This document shows positions 59,573-64,000 of a DNA stretch of 64,000 nt, in pieces. The stretch is from Aureliella sp. (GTDB lineage: Bacteria > Planctomycetota > Planctomycetia > Pirellulales > Pirellulaceae), in assembly GCA_963691875.1 (NCBI GenBank), contig OY829846.1:4480001-4544000 (forward strand), written 5' to 3'. Position 1 is the first letter of the stretch, and each line of letters begins with the position of its first letter. The notes under the pieces were generated by a model. It worked only from the letters and a program-made list of their open reading frames with translations. It was not told the origin of the DNA and ran no database searches. The position numbers and the translations under genes are program-made.

Positions 59573-60979
59573 CAGGTCCAACATTGCGTCGCCTAATGCT
59601 TCTCCAACGAGCACATAGGTCTCAGCATTCTGGTTGTAATGAAAGCCTTGATTTCGAGGTGATACATCAACTTCACGCCAAAATCCGCGTGTCTCTACTG
59701 TATTCACGTTGCCTTTAAACTCAGGGTACTTGCCAGTCTCGCCGCTGACGGCCAGCTGCGCGTTGGCCACTGTGAGTGCGCCGCCTTCCATTTTCCAGCC
59801 GTCGAATCCGATGGTGGCGATGACAAAGGGAGCTTTCTGCGCTTTGAACTCGCTGCGTAAAGTTTTGATTAGATGTACAAGGTTCTGTTCGTAGCGAGCG
59901 GCGTGAATCGCGTTGCCTTGATCTTTGTGCCCTTGCCACCATACAAAGCCAGCGATCTCGTAACCGCGTCCTTTGAATTGTGGAAAGTTCTGATCAAAGT
60001 TGTTGAGAACCTTGTGAGCTGCTTGAAAGCAATCATCGTATTGCTTGCCCGCATACCAATTGATAGCTTTCGGCTTCGTGCCCTTATCCCAACTCGCTGG
60101 CGAGTCTTTGTAGCCAGCGTAGACCTTTCCATCTTGTTCGTAGCGTTTGCTGCCGGGCGGAAGAAAGTCCCAAGCTAGGGACCGATTGCCCTGAGACGCT
60201 TTGATAATTAGCACGGGCTCTTCGTGGTGATCACCAAGCTTGTGCCCGAACCCGAGTTCCGGGCCGATGCTGTTCGCTCCGGCACCGCAGCCAACGTTCA
60301 GCCACTTGTTGGTACCTGCAGTCACCACGCCCTTGTACCACACGTCGTCACGTTCTTTCCATCTACCATCCGAGTCAACTAAATATGGGAACTTGCCATC
60401 TTGTCGCACTACTGTTGATAGGGTGCCGGGGATGTCGACGCGAGCAATCCAGCCGAGACCACTGGCTTGGTGGTTCAAGTAAGTGATTTTGAAGTCGACA
60501 GTTTTACCTGCTGTGAGCTTAATGTGATGGTGTGTTGGCTCCTCTCCGGGGTCGCGGCGGTAAACTTCTTTCCCATCGACAATCATGATGTTATACGTCG
60601 AGCCACCGTAGCCTGGCCGAAGTTCATACACGCCTGTCTGCTTGATCTTGAGTTGTCCACGCGTGACGCAGGTTCCGCCTGCCGGGTAGGCCGTTGGTTC
60701 GACGCCGCCGAACGCCTCAAGCTTCAGCGTTTCGATCGCCTTGAGCTGGTCATAGTCTTTCTTGGGATCATATTCGCCCTCGTAGACTGATACCACCGGA
60801 TTGATGAACTCGTCGCCCCAGCGGCTACCGCCTCCTGTGACCTGGCCGATCCCAACCATATTGGATTGGCCCGAGAGAATATAGACCTTGACCGGCTTTT
60901 GATTCTCATCAGCGATTATGCCGTTCAGAGCTGTAAGGAAGATGGCAAGGCAAAATATTACGCGAACGAAGCAGAGCAT
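59558..60979 (-). CDS. Sialate O-acetylesterase (SASA/DUF303) family with inserted domain
   Basis: YILSGQSNM, IGPELGFG, FVWWQGHKD, GFHYNQNAE; signal peptide. Confidence 0.85.
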   Translation of the reverse strand: MLCFVRVIFCLAIFLTALNGIIADENQKPVKVYILSGQSNMVGIGQVTGGGSRWGDEFINPVVSVYEGEYDPKKDYDQLKAIETLKLEAFGGVEPTAYPAGGTCVTRGQLKIKQTGVYELRPGYGGSTYNIMIVDGKEVYRRDPGEEPTHHHIKLTAGKTVDFKITYLNHQASGLGWIARVDIPGTLSTVVRQDGKFPYLVDSDGRWKERDDVWYKGVVTAGTNKWLNVGCGAGANSIGPELGFGHKLGDHHEEPVLIIKASQGNRSLAWDFLPPGSKRYEQDGKVYAGYKDSPASWDKGTKPKAINWYAGKQYDDCFQAAHKVLNNFDQNFPQFKGRGYEIAGFVWWQGHKDQGNAIHAARYEQNLVHLIKTLRSEFKAQKAPFVIATIGFDGWKMEGGALTVANAQLAVSGETGKYPEFKGNVNTVETRGFWREVDVSPRNQGFHYNQNAETYVLVGEALGDAMLDLLEGK

Positions 60980-61152
60980 GGCCGTGGGGTAATCCTATGA
61001 GTAGCATTGGCAGATCGACCGCCGCAAAGTGTTTCCGGCGGTGGCCTCACAATTGTAACTTGCAATGAAAGTCCATGGTCCTCAATTGCCCCGGTTGTCC
61101 AATTCAAAACTCAGGCATCGCAGCACACCAGCTTCAACGCAAGAACGCAGCG

Positions 61153-61230
61153 TCCGTCACGCAGTTGAAAGCCTTCCTCCCGTACTCGTAACCTTCTCCA
61201 CTACGAACGGAGGCCGAGCCGCGTGACGGA
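61153..61230. repeat. Long imperfect hairpin
   Basis: TCCGTCACGC / GCGTGACGGA perfect 10-bp outer arms with inner TCGTA / TACGA. Confidence 0.55.
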
Positions 61231-61235
61231 TTCAG

Positions 61236-62498
61236 CTACTTCAAGTCGGCAGCGAACTCGATCTTTTGGGATGGAAGTATCGCGTCACATTGGATCGTGA
61301 TTTGGCTCAGGTCTTCCTTGCCGATACTTGTGATTTCACACACCAAATTCTCTCCAGGCAGCAAGCCCTTCAATGAGGTCGTTGAGCGTTTCTTACCGGC
61401 GGCAAAGTAGGCGTCGCGGTAGATCGGAGCGATCCCTTCATTGGTCACCGTCAGTCGTAGCGTCCCACCAATCTGGACTGCCTTGGTGACTCGGAAGCGA
61501 TAGCCTGCGAACATGCTAGCTTGTCGAATACGTTCTTTCTTCTGGTAGCGAGTCTGATCGTTGCCGATCATATAAGTGATGTGAAACTTCTTGGCCGATT
61601 CTTCAAAGGAAACTCCATTCGGACCACTGACAGCAAGTGCGTTCTTTTGGTCTCTCGCGTTGTAATAGCTGAATTCGCCGCCACCAGGATGTTGCTTCCA
61701 GCGATCGAGTCCCAAGATTTTCCAGTCGATGGCATTTTCTCTTGCATGCTGCTTGCAGAGGAACGAGTCGTCGAAGACACCAAAGCCGAGTGCAAGCAGC
61801 TCCTCATTGTCTTCTACTGGTGCGTAGTTGCTGTCCGAGGAATCAATGCTGACTGACCAAGGTAGATTCTGAAAAGTTGCATCCATGTGCTTCAGGAAGC
61901 TGGCTTGGAACTCCTTGGATGGAAACGTCTTGCCGATTTCCCTCGGTCCGTCATAGATGTGATACTCGGCCCATAGTCCGAAGCCCGTCTGCAGGAATGC
62001 AAGCCGCGGGTCGTTGTCGTACTTTGCTGCGATCTTGGAATAGAAGCTAATGGTGAATTCTTGAAGGGCCGAATTACTCCAGTCGCAGAAGTGCGTTTTC
62101 TTTCCTTCACTTTTGCCTATTGTTTCATCGTAGTCTGGCCGGTTGCGAATGAAATCAGGAACCGTGGTTTCTTTTCCCACGTAGCAAAAGTAAAACCGAA
62201 TGATCGCTTGGTGATTGCGACTCGCGACGTCGTCCAGGATTTCGTCGATCTTCGAGAAGTCATACCTGCCCTCCGCGTCAACGACTTCGTTGTAGCCACA
62301 GTAGCGGAATTCGAGGCTGAAAATGTCCGCGTACTTTTCTTTGAATTCATTCGTCGTCCATAGCACGATCCCTGTCATGGGCTGAACGCCAGTGATCTTG
62401 GACTGCAGTGGGACGCTGCGTTCGACTGGCTGAGCCCAAGCTGCAACGGGGGACAGCAATACAAGGAGCAAAAATAGTTTATTGGATGGTAGGAACAT
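61236..62498 (-). CDS. Secreted DUF4832-containing putative glycoside hydrolase (TIM-barrel-like)
   Basis: VQPMTGIVLW, YDFSKID, KYDNDPRLAFLQTGFGLWAEYH, GGEFSYY, GYRF, NEGIAPIY. Start set at MFLPSNK. Confidence 0.7.
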   Translation of the reverse strand: MFLPSNKLFLLLVLLSPVAAWAQPVERSVPLQSKITGVQPMTGIVLWTTNEFKEKYADIFSLEFRYCGYNEVVDAEGRYDFSKIDEILDDVASRNHQAIIRFYFCYVGKETTVPDFIRNRPDYDETIGKSEGKKTHFCDWSNSALQEFTISFYSKIAAKYDNDPRLAFLQTGFGLWAEYHIYDGPREIGKTFPSKEFQASFLKHMDATFQNLPWSVSIDSSDSNYAPVEDNEELLALGFGVFDDSFLCKQHARENAIDWKILGLDRWKQHPGGGEFSYYNARDQKNALAVSGPNGVSFEESAKKFHITYMIGNDQTRYQKKERIRQASMFAGYRFRVTKAVQIGGTLRLTVTNEGIAPIYRDAYFAAGKKRSTTSLKGLLPGENLVCEITSIGKEDLSQITIQCDAILPSQKIEFAADLK

Positions 62499-62647
62499 GT
62501 TCGCAATCTGTTGGGGAAATCCGCTCAATCCGGCCGGCAGGCTGGTAGCGATAGAGGCGAGCTCATAAACTCAATACGCAACCAACACTGATCGTGAATA
62601 ACCACGAATTTCAAGCTAGGACGTCAACCTGAGAAGGTTCTAGAAAC

Positions 62648-63079
62648 ATGCTAACTCCGTTCCACCTCGCTGTGCAAGTTCGCGATATCGAGGAAGCCCG
62701 TTTGTTCTATGGGGAGAAACTCGGGTTTCTTCAAGGCAGAAGTGATACCTGCTGGATCGACTACAATATGTTTGGCCATCAAGTCGTCGTGCATTTGAAT
62801 CCCGAGCTTGGTCCCACCGGAAAGATTCAGAAATACTGCAATCCTGTCGACGATCACGCCGTGCCAGTTCCCCACTTCGGTGTTGTACTAGAGGTCGAGC
62901 AATGGAAAGAACTTGCTGAGCGAGCTCGTGGATTTGTCGACAAGTTTATCATCGAGCCCTACGTGCGATTCGAGGGTCAGCCCGGCGAGCAGTATACGAT
63001 GTTCTTCGAAGACCCGAGCGGCAACGCGCTCGAGTTCAAAGCATTTGCTGACATCCAGTCGCAATTGTTCGCAACTTGA
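62648..63079 (+). CDS. VOC (glyoxalase/dioxygenase) family protein
   Basis: PFHLA, FGHQVVVH, VPVPHFGVVL, GEQYTMFFEDPSGNALEFK. Confidence 0.9.
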   Translation: MLTPFHLAVQVRDIEEARLFYGEKLGFLQGRSDTCWIDYNMFGHQVVVHLNPELGPTGKIQKYCNPVDDHAVPVPHFGVVLEVEQWKELAERARGFVDKFIIEPYVRFEGQPGEQYTMFFEDPSGNALEFKAFADIQSQLFAT

Positions 63080-63091
63080 TTTCTTATAACG

Positions 63092-63116
63092 AACAGGCGT
63101 AGCCGGCGTCTGTTTT
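63092..63116 (+). terminator. Candidate terminator between convergent genes
   Basis: AACAGGCGT-agccg-GCGTCTGTT stem (two G-U pairs) ending in a short T run. Confidence 0.35.
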
Positions 63117-63160
63117 AGGTTGGCCGAAGGGGCCTGCTCCCAGATGTGTGAACTCATCCA

Positions 63161-64000
63161 CTACTGCCTAGAGGTGTCCAACTCCACTCCATAGAATCGC
63201 ATCGCATTTTTGTAGAAGAGTTTTTCACTGGAATCTCTTCCTTTGGCATCGAAGTAGACGCGAGTCAACTTCAGCACAGCGGCATACTCATCGGTCTGAC
63301 GCGTCACTGGCCAGTCGCTACCAAAAACGAGACGGTCCTTTCCGAAGCATTCAAACGCTAAGTCTAGGATTGGATGATAGGTCTCAATGGTCGTGGGTGC
63401 AGGCTGTTTTTTGAAACGTCCGAACAAGGCAGACACTTTACAGTAAACGTTCGGATGCTTGGCAACTGCCCGGAATTTCTTGATCCATTCGTCAGTTAGA
63501 GGTCCTTCGCCAAGTCGCACTCCGCCGAAGTGATCCATAATGATCTTTAAGCCTGGGACGCGTTTCGCAACCGTAGCAACGTCTTCCAGCGAGTAACCGC
63601 CCACAAGAAAATCGACGGTTCTGCCTTTCTGGGCAGTCAGTTGCAGATCGCGAAACAATTCGTCGCTCAGTTCTTCTTGATATCGCCCCGACAAGCGATA
63701 GCCTACGTAACGCGGGTCTCTGCACAGGTCAAGAAATAGCGGTTTCAACTGGTTAGTGCCAATGACTTCGGAAAGATTTCCAACCACTCCAAGGAACAAC
63801 TGTTTGTTATTTGCGGTGATATCGAGGTTCCATTGGTTATCGGGCAAGCTCTGACCGGCTTGAACTACGACTACGCCACGAACGTCATTTATTTTAGCGA
63901 TGGGCTCGAACGTTTCAGGTAGCATCGAGCGGTAGAGGACTTGGTTGTCCTTCGCGATCCAGTAAATTCCTGCGGGCCGCGATAGATCCCACAAGTGAAC
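63161..64000 (-). CDS. Amidohydrolase_2 family (L-fuconolactonase/LigI-like); N-terminus off right edge
   Basis: HLWD at the edge, VVVQA, IIMDHFG, NVYCKVSAL, FGKDRLVFGSDWPV, NAMRFY. Confidence 0.85.
   Translation of the reverse strand, partial: VHLWDLSRPAGIYWIAKDNQVLYRSMLPETFEPIAKINDVRGVVVVQAGQSLPDNQWNLDITANNKQLFLGVVGNLSEVIGTNQLKPLFLDLCRDPRYVGYRLSGRYQEELSDELFRDLQLTAQKGRTVDFLVGGYSLEDVATVAKRVPGLKIIMDHFGGVRLGEGPLTDEWIKKFRAVAKHPNVYCKVSALFGRFKKQPAPTTIETYHPILDLAFECFGKDRLVFGSDWPVTRQTDEYAAVLKLTRVYFDAKGRDSSEKLFYKNAMRFYGVELDTSRQ

Noticed and set aside
1..64000. rRNA, tRNA, transposase, integrase, prophage or anti-phage defence genes
   Set aside because: None was recognised by eye. A tRNAscan/Rfam/HMM scan would be needed to exclude them formally.

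Overview
A 64-kb bacterial window, almost certainly Planctomycetota and Pirellulaceae-like, judged by two DUF1549/DUF1553 (PSD1) + DUF1501 pairs, a DUF1592/DUF1552 pair and an NPYxSP membrane protein. (1) Bases 1-30958 are one minus-strand exosortase-associated surface-polysaccharide locus: exosortase, Wzc, a 1623-aa TPR protein, EpsI, priming transferase, deacetylase, Wzx, a Wzy/ligase-like protein, seven further glycosyltransferases, several methyltransferases, a heparinase II/III-like protein, a sulfotransferase and an AlgD-like dehydrogenase. It runs off the left edge. (2) Bases 31-45 kb are a mixed region with orphan pilT, a Tat oxidoreductase, PSD1+DUF1501, a hybrid kinase and several decayed genes (SMP-30, a YHYH remnant, a truncated gene end). 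(3) Bases 45-64 kb hold planctomycete heme/DUF modules followed by secreted glycan-degrading enzymes (BNR sialidase-like, sulfatase, GH63-like, SASA esterase, DUF4832, amidohydrolase). No rRNA, tRNA, CRISPR array or transposase was recognised. All family calls come from motif recognition by eye, not database searches.
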